Source of the DNA: Sphyrna mokarran | Lineage: Eukaryota | Reading direction: 5' to 3' | Assembly: GCA_024679065.1 (NCBI GenBank) | Contig: JAGIQG010000022.1 | Location: 17,918,001-17,982,000 of the forward strand | Length of the DNA: 64,000 bases | In this document: positions 1 to 12,799 of the stretch, one piece after another | How the letters are laid out: the number at the start of each line of letters is the position of its first letter | Numbering within the stretch: position 1 is the first letter of the stretch | Position numbers and translations under genes: made by a program | The notes under the pieces: model-generated | What the model saw: the letters and a program-made list of their open reading frames with translations, nothing else | Database searches by the model: none | What the model was told of the DNA's origin: nothing

Positions 1-1744
1 ATTCCTTATTCTACATGATATGTTGCCTATCCTTATGTCTCTGAATAAAGTTCAAAGTTTGAAAAGGCCTGTGGGGGAGAGGCAAAGTGGAAAGAGTGGA
101 ACTGGGGCCAATGATGAATGTGAGACTAACTTTTATAAGAGGATAGTGACTTAACACAATCTTGGCCAATTATAATCATCGCTTGATGTAGTCGGATTGA
201 AAAACTCTATGCACGTTTTAGTATCTTAAAATTAACTGTCAAATCATTGTAATCAATGCCAGTTTATTGGACATATATTCCCAAGAATCTCATTTCCTTG
301 TTGATTTACAAGCAAAGATTATTTAGTGAAGAAGGCACTCTCCTTGTTGAAATGTCAAACATTTCAGAAATCCTGTTGGGGCAGAATCTGAGGAGCTGGT
401 GGAAACTGCTCCTTACATTTATCCCACACATTTTAAATTGAATCAGGTGAAGATAAACAGTTTGTGTACAAAGTGAAATAATGTTGACATACTATTTGCA
501 TGGAGAGGCAAGAGATGAAAGCAACAGAAAAAAGTATTAGATTTTTAACTTTGAATATAATCCCCGGAAGGTTCATTCATTTGAAGCTCTTAACCCCTGT
601 TCGTTCCCAGTTGGAAAGATTACTGCTAATTGTCTGAACTCCATCCTCTAATTCTTTTAATCCCATTTGGAGCCTATTAGGAAATACTTTGACCTATTTG
701 AAAAATAATTTGCCATTCATCTAATAAATACCATAAAATGGATTTTCAGTCTTAAATTATCAAGTATACTTCATTATTTTTCTTTCAAAAGCAAATAGAA
801 ATATTAATTTTTTCACAAGTGTGTGAAAGTTCCCATTCTCAAATTTGAAATTCCCAAGACATAGTAGTTATGGATAACATTCCTCAAAAATGCTATTACC
901 CACGTCTAGAATTAGATTTCTAAAATCCCATAATTCAGTATAATTCTTAACATGTTGTCTTGGAACTATATTGCAGTTTCTCTTCAATGGGTCAAAATCC
1001 TGGAACTCATTCAATAGCACTGGGGTTATGTTTAGACAACATGAATGTGAATGAAGTGATCCAAAAAGAGCAGTTTGGTATGGGCAAAAATGCTGGCCTT
1101 GCCAGAGACACCCACACCTGTGAACAAATAAAAAAAATGGCAGAGTTGATAGCTCCTGTTTGGTGGCAGATGGATAGTGATTGTATAAGGATGCTATGTA
1201 TACACAATGCTCTGTTGAATAGAAATTGCCCGTGAACATCTGTTAATACAGATCCAATTAAAAAAAAAACTGAACAGCCAGAAACTTAAGAAGTGTAACT
1301 TCTGTTCATCTTAACAATGCATTTTACTGGTATTTGCAAAAGGACCATTTTTCCTTAAAGTTTGTGCTTGTGTTAAACTGAAATTTTACTTCTATGTTTG
1401 AAGTATTTAAGAAAGCCAACAGGAGGTAGTGAACCCTGAAACTGTTGCGATAATTGGCAGAAGTAGCATAGTTTCTCTATGATTTTCTGAAGATCTGAAA
1501 ATTGGTAGATGACAGCATACTGACATATTGTTTACAGTAGAAACTATTAAACTTGAGTTTATTTCAAAAGGTAAAATTATAGCAGATGCAAGAAAAATCA
1601 ACCAATACCCATGATGAATATTCCACTTGTTCCAAAATTATAATAAATGTTCAGAAACTTATTAGTTCTCCTCAGTAAATTACAAATGATGAAAGGTTGG
1701 AGGTGAAAAATTAACTTAGTGACCCAATTAACTCCGTCTTAAAG

Positions 1745-2065
1745 AAAGATCTGCATTTATTTGATGCTTTTCATAACCATCAGGTGTCGCAAAGCGCTTT
1801 ACAGCCAATTCGCTACTTTTGATATACTTTTGATTTCCCACATCACTATTGTGATGTGGGAAATGCAACAGCTAATCTGTGCCCAGCAAGCATGCTCGAA
1901 CGACAAATAATTGATAATGAGCAGTTAATCTGTTTTTGTGACATTAATTGAGAAAAATATAGGTCTGTACATAGGTGACTCCTCTTCTTCAAACTAGTGC
2001 TGTGGGATCATTTATAGTTCACTTGTACAATATATGGGTCCTGGATTTAATGTATGATCTGACTG
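1745..2065 (-). mobile_element. Degenerate Deu-domain SINE (SacSINE1-like)
   Basis: ctgcatttat...caaagcgctttacagccaat...gtgggaaatgcaacagctaatctgtgcccagcaag, shared with copies near 52100 and 63190. Family name from memory. Confidence 0.55.
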
Positions 2066-2929
2066 TGAAGAAAACAGTCAAGAACTGGGGATAATCATTT
2101 CTCTTTGAAGCAGATAGACAAGATGTGTAACTTTCACCTCCCTTTCACAAACACACACGCAATGACAGATGTTAGCCCTTTGGTGAAGGAGCCGACCAGA
2201 AATCAGTCTTTACTCAGTTTTAGATTTGTTCAAAAGGAGACATTATGAATGTATAGCTGCTAGCCCTACAATTCACCACCGAGGTCAATAAGTGTATTTT
2301 TGTGTGTGCAAATGATTATCCAATTGGAACCACCTGTAGACTCTTAACCTAATAGACTTAACAGCAGCAACCCAATTATTACACTCTTTGCCGAGCTATG
2401 TAAAATTATGTGCGTATATTCTTTTACCTTAAGAAATTCATGATCAGCCAACTTCTTGAACTGCTACAGTTCTGGTGATGTCGGTAGACCCACAGTGTTA
2501 GATGGGGAATTCCAGAATTTTGATCCTTTGATGAAGGATTGATCTTGGTTCCAGGTTAGACTGATGAGGTGGGGGGGAAGTTGGAGTTGCAAGGGTTATG
2601 CTCATGTACTTGTTATATGTTCTCAGTGATAGAGATCACAGGTTTGAAGTTGCTGTTGAGGAAGTCCAGTTGAGTTGCTGCATTGCATCTTGTAACTAGT
2701 GCTCATTACTGTCACTGAAATGACTTGTGGATTGTGTCAAGTTTCTAGCATGTTGTTGGCGTTATGCTGATTCAGGTAACTGGACCATAGTCTATTACAT
2801 TCTTGGGGTGTAGTGTGCAGATAAATTATTTGAATCAGGTGGTGAATTAATTGATAGTGAATACCAAATCTCTGACGTGCTGTTATAGCTATAATATGCA
2901 CCTTGACCACAGGAATTAACAGGCGTGGG

Positions 2930-3890
2930 CTATTCAGCTTCTCAAGCCTGCTCTGGAATAACTGATCTGATTATGGCCTTCGCCCTACTTTTTGTCAGTC
3001 CCTCCCCATAACCTTTACTTCCTTACTGAACAACAGTTACCTCAGTCTCAAACATACTCAGTGACTTTGCCTCCACCATACTCTTGGAAGAGAATTCCAC
3101 AAACAAGCAGTTTGCTGAGAGAAATTTACCTTAGTTTTAAATCAGAGCATCCTATTTTTTAAACTGTCCTGATCTTGTATGTTTGAATAACATCACCTTT
3201 TCTAAATTTTGTGCATAAGCCTAGCCTGTGTAAATTTTCCAATAAGGTAACCCCTTCTTGCCAGAAATCAGCCAAGTGAACTTTCTCTGAACTGCTTTTA
3301 ATGCAATTATATCTTTCCTTAAACAAGGAGATTAAAACTGTGCACACTATTCCCAGATGTGATTTTACTGATATTCTGTACACCCACAGCGAAATATCTC
3401 TACTTTTTATAATTGATTCCTCCTGCAATAAAAGCCAATCTTCTATTTGCCTTTCTAATCACTTGCTACATCTGCATTCAAACTTTTTGTGATTCATGTA
3501 CCAGGGGCATTCAGATCCCCTGCTACTGTAGTGTTCTGCAGCCTTTAATCTCCATTAAAATATTATATTTTTTTCTTTTCTCCCTGCCAAAGTGGGCAAG
3601 TTCCTATTTCCCACATTATACTCAATGCCAAATTCTTGCTCACTCAACTTATTTAAATCACCCTGTTGACTCTTTAGTCATCTTGACAACTTATTTTCCT
3701 ATCTATCTTTGTGTCATCAGTAAATTTACCTTGTGCTTTTAGTCTTTTCATCCAAGCCATTGATATAGATCGTGAAATATTGTGGCCGTAGTACCGATCA
3801 CTGTGGCTTGAAAACAATAACCTGAAAATTACCCAGTTTATCCCTATTCTGTTTCCTGTTAGCTAACCAGTCCTCTATCCTAACTTTCAC
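2930..3890 (-). mobile_element. Old CR1-type LINE 3' fragment
   Basis: Eroded similarity to the CR1 ORF2 3' end and UTR seen in the young copies of this window. Confidence 0.65.
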
Positions 3891-3899
3891 ATTAGATTT

Positions 3900-4700
3900 T
3901 GATCTTTGATTCTCAGATGTTCGTGGTGGGGGATTTAGTGATGGTGATAATTCAAGGGCAGGTGCTTCAACACTTGCTTGTTAGTGATGGTCACTGTCTC
4001 ACACTTGTTGACAGGAATGTTAATTGCCATCTGAGTTCATCATTGAGTGTTCCCCAGGTCTTGTTATATGCGGACATGGACTATCATTATTTTAGGAATT
4101 GTGAATGGAGCTGAACACTGTTTACAGAGCAGCTCTACTTCTAATTGAACAATAGAAGGAAGGTCTGTTGATTTGACATTGCAGCCAACATTGAGATCCT
4201 GTGATCAGTACTGGTTGCCTCCTGCAGCCATACTGACTCTTGGGAATGGTCTGACCGGCCATGATGTGCATACATCTTGATAATGTTAACTTATTCATGG
4301 GCACAATATTTTTGCTCCTTGTCAATGCACATCCAAAATGAATGAAAATGTATGAAGTGAAGTCTCTGATGGGCCATTCTTTGTGCTTCTGGATGCATTT
4401 AGCATAGTGCTAGTGCTACATAAGATGGTAGAGATTTTCCTTAGTTGCAGAGAGGCTATTGTGCAGTGGCCATTCTTAGTAGTACTATAATGGACAGATG
4501 TCTTTGTGACAGATGGATTGAGGGTAAAATAAGAAGTTTTCCCCTCCTATTGGTTCCCTCATCACCTGCCACATGCCCAGTATGATGACTATGTCCTTCC
4601 GGACTCATCAGTAGTGGCACTACCTTACAACTTCGCAGGTTAACTGGATTGGGTGTGCCTTTGTCATTTCTTGTGCCTCATTGGATGATAGGATGGTCCA
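3900..4700 (-). mobile_element. Old LINE fragment of the family also at 42300-44095 and 58890-60190
   Basis: Reverse complement of segments such as ctcctgaggagtcacgaatggtgctgaacattgtgcaatc seen in the 59k copy. A further piece lies near 2450-2900. Confidence 0.5.
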
Positions 4701-4754
4701 TCTGGTTTAATTGTCAAATAAGCAGAGTACTTGGATCTGAAACCAGACCAGAGG

Positions 4755-4833
4755 ATACTGGGAAAATTCAGCAGATCTGCCAGTATCCACCATTCTTGAA
4801 ATGATACTGGCAGACCTGCTGAGTTTTCCAGTC
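4755..4833. repeat. Short palindromic repeat (Penelope-associated hairpin type)
   Basis: Arms ctgggaaaattcagcagatctgccagtatc (4758-4787) and gatactggcagacctgctgagttttccag (4803-4831). Related arms at ~17860, ~48680 and ~50020. Confidence 0.7.
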
Positions 4834-4874
4834 TTCTCTTATGGTTTTATTCCCATTTACCTTTTCTGAAAGCG

Positions 4875-5120
4875 ATTAGATATAACTGAGTAGTTTGCTA
4901 GACCATGTCACACAGCAACCAGTCAACCACATTTCTGTTAGTCTGGAGTCGCACATAAACTAGCCAAAGTATGAACAGCAGATTTCCCCCTCTGTAGGAA
5001 ATAATTGAACCAGATAGATTCTTACAACAGTAAATTGTTTGATCACCATTACTGATACCAGCTTTCAATAATTATTTAATATAAATTCCCCAGCAGTCGT
5101 CATAGGATTGAACTTCTCTG
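4875..5120 (-). mobile_element. tRNA-headed SINE, same family as the one split at 30075-31720
   Basis: agtcaaccacatt...gtctggagtcgcacat...gatttcccc...gaaccagat core with B-box-like ggattgaac. Another copy at ~32330-32560. Confidence 0.55.
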
Positions 5121-7252
5121 TCTCCCTCATTAGAAAGTAATCTAGAAACTAAGTGTGCATTGATCAAATGTCTGAATATCCTAAAATTGGATGACATCTA
5201 TTAGGTATTTGCTAAGTTTCATTGTATTGACAGTTATCCTTCAATTCTGAATCACATGTTTACATCTTGCTGAATCTGCTGAGATGGTTGGTATCAAAAC
5301 AAAAATGTGACATGTAATATAGAAAAACAAGAACACACCAGTCAGACATGACTGGGTTTTTATTTGTAATTGTGTAGAGTTGTAACCTCATTAAACAGGC
5401 ACTACAACAGGCTAACTTTAAGTTTGAGGAGCTCATGTATTTTTCCTGAGATTGAGAATATCCAATCGTACCTCACTCAGCCAAGAAATAAGACAGAATT
5501 TTGCTTTTACCTTATCCAGAGAAAGTTCCCTCAGGCCAATGAAGCTACACTCAATTCGGGGAAAAAGCCTTCACTGAGAATCTTTTGAGGGAATAGACCA
5601 CCTGTACAGAGATGGCTCATTTAATTTAGTTTTGGTTCCTCTGGTAACACAGTGCTTGTTGCCATGCATTTACATCTGCCATTTATTAAATGGTTGGTTC
5701 CACAACTTTCCCCCTCAAACTCTGTGGAAGATGTAGAAGTTCTGTTTTGAAATGTAACCTATAGGTTTTTCGCACAGATATGTTGTGGGAACTATCTTGT
5801 GCACTAAGAAAGGCAAACAAGATCTTGAGGATATAATATATCTTTTCCAATAAGACATTTTTCATTCACTAGGGCATGGAAAGATTATACTTTATTGTAT
5901 TTGATGATTCAGTAAGTTAGTTGCAAAGTTAAGAAAAAATTTTGTAAGTTGAATGCATTGGAAAATATTCATTTTTAATACTCCCTTTTGATCCAGCTTA
6001 TGGTCATGCCAGCTGAAGAACCTCGAGTTTGGTTTAGATATTTTTCAATTTGCTTTCATCCTTTTTATCATTGGTACACTTAGCTTTGTATCCTATAACA
6101 GGCATTATTTTTGTCTTCAATTTTTGAATGCCGGAGTATTTATTTATTGTGCAAGGTCTTTGTTGTTTTTGTTGTAACATGATTGAAGAAATTGGTGAAC
6201 CTGTCCCCGAAACTTACTGTATATATCTAGTTAATGCTAAATGTTTCAAATTTGAGTGGAACAAAAACATTAAGCTTTTAATTAAAGCAGCTATAACACT
6301 GCAATAACTGCTTAATTCACAATTTGAAAATCTAATTTGATGTGACATGAAATCTAGATTTCTTGAAAATGGAAGAGTCAGTTAATGTAAAATTTATATT
6401 AGTTGCACTTTAATTAGAACTTGAGAGCCGTACAGGTAAGTTGCTGGGTTTTAGTTTTAAGGTATCATTGCTGTAAAGGCTGAGCTATGCATTAAATTGT
6501 ACTTTTCTTTAAAAATTATAATTTATTCTCAACCTACTTCTCTATACTCGTATTTGCTAGAATAGTGATATAATTGAAAGATTTCAGAACACAAATGCAT
6601 TTCTTGGCATATATTGCACATTACACCCAGCCGACATCTGAATCACAGAGAAAAGAATCAAACTAAATTAAAAGACAAAATGGGGCTCAAAGGAAAAAAT
6701 GGTGTGTAATGGGGGAGAGGGGGGACACATGCATGAAAATACAAACAAAAAGTAACAATCTGATTAGGACAAAGGGTTGATGATTGATTTGTCAATTATA
6801 CAGATGCTTTATTTTGTTTTGCTGTGTATGTTGTGAAAATGTTGAACATGATCCACAAATGAAAAGCTACATAAAGTTGCATTGTTGTGGGCTGTGAAGG
6901 TCTCTTGTGGCTTCAGGGAATTAATTTGAAAATATTATATGTATACATGTGTGTGTATGTTGTTTTCAAATCCAAGCATGGTATGTAAAATGCTGATGTT
7001 GAAAGGAATTTTCTAAATTACTTATCCGTTTAGTCAATCAACTGTAATCATTAAATTTTAAATCAATCTTAGATTTTATTTTCCACAAGAAAATTCACAC
7101 CTATTGTACCGAGTGGTGAAGTTTGTAAAGAAATTATCTGATTTCTTAAATTTGAAATTATATGCAAGTGCTATCTTTACATTTTAAGTATTAGTTATTT
7201 GGAAATTTTCTGGGAGGACTGAAATGTATAAAATGTATTATGCAATTGTGTA

Positions 7253-9715
7253 ATAGAACATAGAACACTACAGCACAGAACAGGCCCTTCGGCCTTCGAT
7301 GTTGCGCCGACCAATATAAAAAGCAATGCCCCTCCAAACTAAACCATTCCCTTCTCTTCCATATACTTATCAACTAACCTCTTAAACGCCACCAAACTTG
7401 GCGCATCTACAACTGCTGCAGGCAGGGCATTCCACTCCCGAACCACCCTTTGGGTAAAGAACCTACCTCTGATATCCGTCCTATAACTATCACCCCTTAA
7501 TTTAAAGCTGTGTCCCCTCGTGCTAGCTTTTTCCATCCTAGGAAAAAGGCTATCACTGTCCACCCTATCTAAACCTCTAATCATCTTATATGTTTCGATT
7601 AGGTCCCCTCTTAGCCGCCTCCTTTCTAACGAAAACAACCTCAAATCCCTCAGCCTCTCTTCATAAGACCTGCCCTCCATACCAGGCAACATCCTGGTAA
7701 ACCTCCTCTGTACCCTCTCCAATGCCTCCACATCTTTCTTATAATGCGGGGACCAGAACTGCACACAATACTCCAAGTGCGGCCGCACTAGAGTTTTGTA
7801 CAGTTGCAACATGACGTTGCGGCTCCGAAATTCAATCCCCCTACCAATAAAAGCTAAGACTCCATATGCCTTCTTAACAACCTTCTCGACTTGACTGCCT
7901 ACTTTCAGGGATCTATGCACATACACACCAAGATCCCTCTGTTCATCAAGACTACTAAGAATCCTACCATTAGCCCTATACTCTACACATTTATTATTTC
8001 TGCCATAGTGCATTACCTCACACTTTTCCACATTAAACTCCATTTGCCACCTCTCGGCCCAGCTCTGCAACTTGTCCAAGTCCCTCTGCAAACTATAACA
8101 CCCCTCTTCACTATCTACCACTCCACCGACTTTAGTGTCATCTGCAAATTTACTAATCCATCCTTCAATACCCTCATCCAGATCATTTATAAAAATTACA
8201 AACAGCAGGGGCCCCAAAACAGACCCCTGAGGTACACCACTTGTCACCGAACTCCACGATGAATATCTCCCATCAACCACCACCCTCTGTCTTCTATCTG
8301 CTAGCCAATTCCTAACCCAATTAGCTAAATCACCCTCTATCCCATACATCTGCATTTTCTGCAGAAGTCTTCCATGGGCCACCTTATCAAACGCCTTACT
8401 AAAGTCCATATATACCACATCAACCGCCTTACCCCCATCCACCTCTTTAGTCACTTTTTCAAAAAACTCAATGAGGTTAGTAAGGCACGACCTACCCTTC
8501 ACAAAACCATGCTGACTATCCCCAATCAATTCATTTCTCTCTAAATAACTATAAATCCTATCCCTAGTTATTCTCTCCAATACTTTGCCCACAACAGAAG
8601 TAAGACTCACTGGCCTATAATTCCCTGGAAGGTCTCTCTTCCCCTTCTTGAACAATGGGACCACATTCGCTATCCTCCAGTCCTCCGGAACCACACCTGT
8701 AACCAACGAGGACCTGAAGATCAGAGCCAGAGGCTCTGCAATCGCCTCCCTTGCCTCTCAGAGAATCCTAGGGTAAATCCCGTCCGGCCCAGGGGACTTA
8801 TCCAACTTCAAACCCTCGAGAATATCCAGCACATCCTCCCTATCTACTTCAATACTTTCCAGTTTGCTACCCTGTAACTCAGTGTTCTCCATAACTACAT
8901 TTACATCACCCTGCGTGAATACCGAAGAGAAATATTTATTCAGTGCCTCTCCAATCTCTTCAGGCTCCACGCACAACTTCCCACTGCTGTCTATGACTGG
9001 CCCTAATCTTGTCCTAACCAATCTTCTATTCTTAACATATCTAAAGAAAGGATTAAGGAGAATCCTAAAGCTATCAGCCAAAGTCTTCTCGTGTCCCCTC
9101 TTAGCTCTCCTCAATTCACTCTTTAGCTCCCTCCTGGCTAATCTATAGCTATCCATTGCACTAACTGAGCCTTCAAGCCTCATCCTGACATAAGCCTCCT
9201 TTTCCCTTTTAACCAGCAAATCAACTTTTTTCGTACACCAAGGTTCTCTTACTCGACCATTTCCTCCTTGCCTGACAGGGACATACTTATCAAGGACTCG
9301 CAGCAGCTGCTCCTTGAATAAGCTCCACATTCCAGATGTTCCCAGTCCCTGTAGTTTCCTAGTCCAATCTATGCACCCTAATTCTCTCCTGATGGCCTCA
9401 TAATTACCCTTCCCCCAGCTATAACTACTGCCCCCAGCTTCATGCCTATCCCTATCCATCACTAAGGTGAATGTAACCGAATTGTGGTCACTATCACCAA
9501 AATGTTCACTAACTTCCAAGCCTAACACCTGGTCTGGCTCATTGCCCAGCACCAAATCCAATGTAGCCTCACCTCTAGTTGGCCTATCTACATACTGAGT
9601 CAAAAAACCTTCCTGCACACTTTGTACGAAAACTGACCCCTCTAACGAGCTAGAGCTATAGCTATTCCAATCAATATTAGTAAAGTTAAAGTCCCCCATA
9701 ACAATTACCCTATTA
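7253..9715 (-). mobile_element. Young CR1/HER1-type LINE, copy A (main part): endonuclease C-terminal half plus reverse transcriptase and 3' UTR
   Basis: ORFs 8758..9786 and 7339..8706 are one frame broken by a single TGG>TGA at 8758-8760. Motifs [25 protein letters not shown]. Tail (tagaaca)n at the left end. Confidence 0.96.
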
Positions 9716-11210
9716 GAACATAGAACAATACAGCACAGAACAGGCCCTTCGGCCTTCGATGTTGTGCCGACCAAAATAAAAAGCAATGCCCCTCCAAACT
9801 AAACCATTCTTCTCTTCCATATACTTATCAATTAACCTCTTAAACGCCACCAAACTTGGCGCATCTACAACAGCTGCAGGCGGGCATTCCACTCCCTAAT
9901 CACTCTTTGAGTAAAGAACCTACCTCTGATACGTCCTATAACTCATACCCCTTAATTTAAAGCTGTGTCCCTCGTGCTAGCTTTCTCCATCCTAGGAAAA
10001 AGGCTATCACTGTCCACCCTATCTAAACCTCTAATCATCTTATATGCTTCAATAAGATCCCCTCTTAGCCGCCTCCTTTCTAACGAAAACAACCTCAAAT
10101 CCTTCAACCTCTCTTCATAGGACCTGCCCTCCATACCAGGCAACATCCTGGTAAACCTCCTCTGTACCCTCTCCAATGCCTCCACATCTTTCTTATAATG
10201 TGGGGACCAGAACTGCACACAATACTCCAAGTGCGGCCGCACTAGAGTTTTGTACAGTTGCAACATGATGCTGCGACTCCTAAATTCAATCCCCCTACCA
10301 ATAAAAGCTAAGACTCCATATGCCTTCTTAACAACTTTATCCACTTGACTGCGTACTTTCAGGGATCTATTGACACATACACCAAGATCCTTCTGTTCCT
10401 CAACACTATTAAGAGCCCTACCATTAGCCCTATACTCTACACATTTATTGTTCCTGCCAAAGTGCATTACCTCCCACTTTTCCACATTAACCTCCATTTG
10501 CCACCTCTCGGCCCAGCTCTGCAACTTGTCCAAGTCACTCTGTAAACTAAAACACCCCTCTTCACTATCTACCACACCACCAACTTTAGTATCATCTGCA
10601 AATTTACTGATCCATCCCCAATACCCTCATCCAGATCATTTATAAAAATTACAAACAGCAGGGGCCCCAAAACAGACCCCTGAGGCACACCACTCGTCAC
10701 CGAACTCCACGATGAATATCTCCCATCAACCACCACCCTCTGTCTTCTATCTGCCAGCCAATTCCTAATCCAATTAGCTAAATCACCCTCTATTCCACAC
10801 ATCTGCATTTTCTGTAGAAGTCTTCCATGGGCCACCTTATCAAAAGCCTTACTAAAGTCCATATATACTACATCAACCGCCTTACCCCCATCCACCTCTC
10901 TGGTCACTTTCTCAAAAAACTCAATGAGGTTAGTGAGGCATGACCTACCCTTCACGAAACCATGCTGACTATCCCCAATCAATTCATTTCTCTCTAAATA
11001 ACTATAAATCCTATCCCTAATAATTCTCTCCAATACCTTGCCCACAACAGAAGTAAGACTCACTGGCCTATAATTCCCAGGAAGGTCTCTCTTCCCCTTC
11101 TTAAACAATGGGACCACATTCGCTGTCCTCCGGAACCACACCCGTAACCAACGAGGACCTGAAGATCAGAGCCAGAGGCTCTGCAATCTCCTCTCTTGCC
11201 TCCCAGAGAA
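9713..11210 (-). mobile_element. Young CR1-type LINE, copy B, 5'-truncated, nested inside copy A
   Basis: Own tail tagaacatagaaca at 9714. RT ORFs 9952..10575 and 10569..11141 with small indels. Nearly identical to the copy at 27841. Confidence 0.95.
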
Positions 11211-11307
11211 GGAGGCAAGCCTTCTGCAGTTTTCGCACACTTTGTACGAAAACTGACCCCTCTACAAACCTTTTAAACTTTAAAAGTAAAATTAAGAAGT
11301 TCCTTAA

Positions 11308-11462
11308 TAGTTTCACTCCTGACCAGAATTGACTTGGCAATCCTTTCCTCAACCTCTCTAGAACTTTTAGGAGGTCTATAAAAGACTCCCAACAGGGTGA
11401 CCTCTCCTTTCCTGTTTCTAATCTCAGCCCATACTACCTCAACAGACAAGTCCTCATCAAAC
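11308..11462 (-). mobile_element. 5' remainder of CR1 copy A (endonuclease domain)
   Basis: Minus-strand translation FDEDLSVEVVWAEIRNRKGEVTLLGVFYRPPKSSREVEERIAKSILVRSE joins in frame to (T)NRVIVMGDFN at ~9715. Confidence 0.88.
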
Positions 11463-12149
11463 TTCTATGACATTCCATTTTTAACAATTCATCCATTTTT
11501 AATGGATGACATTCCATTTTTAACGCAGAATATATTTGTGATGCAATTTTTGCCCCAACCCTGCCACGTGCAAGTACGTTGCTGAAACATTGAGACAGCA
11601 ATGTGACAAATTAAAAAGTTGTTGTTTAAAAGGAAGTTGAAACCAAGATGTCACCTATGTATGGCAACAGATGTGGCTTCGTACAGAAATGCAAACATAC
11701 TTTAGAAAGGAAGTATGGACCTAAAGTAATTGAATGTGCTGATCTTATCCAATTACTAGCTTCCATTATTACTTGAACATGCAGTTTACAACAGATCGTT
11801 TAAACTATGCATTTGCCTTTGGAAGAGAGCAAAATCTGCAATATTAATGTGCAAGACTTGGAATATATACTACAAACCTTTTAAACTTTAAAAGTAAAAT
11901 TAAGAAGTTCCTTAATAGTCAATAGCATTTTAATGATGGAATAATGCTAGTCATTATCAAAACTTTTATTAGTATTTCATACTAGTTCTCAGAACCGAGC
12001 ATATTTTCTTCACACTTCACCTGTTAAGCTCTGATTTTGAGGTGATTCAATGCTATTAGTGATGTTAGGAAATAATTTAGTTACAGGGTAATGGAAAAGT
12101 TGCCAAATATATACATTTTCAAACTTCTAAAGATTTGGCTTGCACTTTA

Positions 12150-12622
12150 GATTAAGTTTGTTTATTAGTGTCACAGGTAGACTCACATTAAGACTGCAGT
12201 CAAGTTACTGTGGGCAGCACGGTGGCACAGTGGTCTGCACTGCTGCCTGAGTGCCAGGGACCTGGCTTCAATTCTCGGCTTGGGTCATTATCTATGCAGA
12301 GTTGTACATTTTCTTTGTATATGTGGGTTATCCAAACAGGTACTGGAGGTGGTGATGGGATTTTCACAATAACTTCATTGCAGTGTTAATGTAAGCTTAG
12401 TTGTGATAATTGTAAAAGAAATTCTGAAAATCTCATAGTCGCCATACTCCAATGCCTGTTTGGGTATACTGAGGGAGAATTTAGCATAGCCAATGCACTT
12501 AATCAGCACGTTTTTCAGACTGTTGGAGGAAACAGACATGAGACCATGCAGTAGTCCGCACAGACAGTGACCAAAGTTAGGAATTGAACCTGGGGCAGTG
12601 AGGCAGCAGTGCTAACCAGTGC
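12150..12622. mobile_element. HE1/V-SINE-like SINE (+, ~12212-12417) nested in an opposite-strand copy of the same family
   Basis: tRNA-like head gggcagcacggtggcacagtgg...ttcaattc interrupts aagttactgtg|aaaatc, which is contiguous in the copies at 18415 and 58510. Confidence 0.75.
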
Positions 12623-12658
12623 ATACAACATGTCATATATTTAGGAAACTATTGTTAC

Positions 12659-12799
12659 TTGGACACTTTTACAGCAAGCTTCAATCACTGTTGCAAATGT
12701 TGCCTACATTACTTCAAAACGTGAGCCATTGGACACTTTTACAGCAAGCTTCAATCACTGTTGCAAATGTTGCCTACATTACTTCAAAACGTGAGCCAT
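12659..12799. repeat. Perfect 70-bp tandem duplication
   Basis: ttggacacttttacagcaagc...caaaacgtgagcca at 12659-12728 and 12729-12798. Confidence 0.95.

Noticed and set aside
6418-6441. Possible 18-nt 5' UTR micro-exon (ttaattag|aacttgagagccgtacag|gtaagt)
   Set aside because: Consensus donor but poor pyrimidine tract. Such matches are expected by chance in 64 kb and need RNA evidence.
7339-11141. Long reverse transcriptase ORFs as a novel RT-based system (retron, DGR or similar)
   Set aside because: Motifs, endonuclease domain, 5' truncation and microsatellite tails identify ordinary CR1-clade LINE ORF2 in a vertebrate intron.
12659-12799. CRISPR-like array
   Set aside because: Two adjacent units with no spacers, in eukaryotic DNA.
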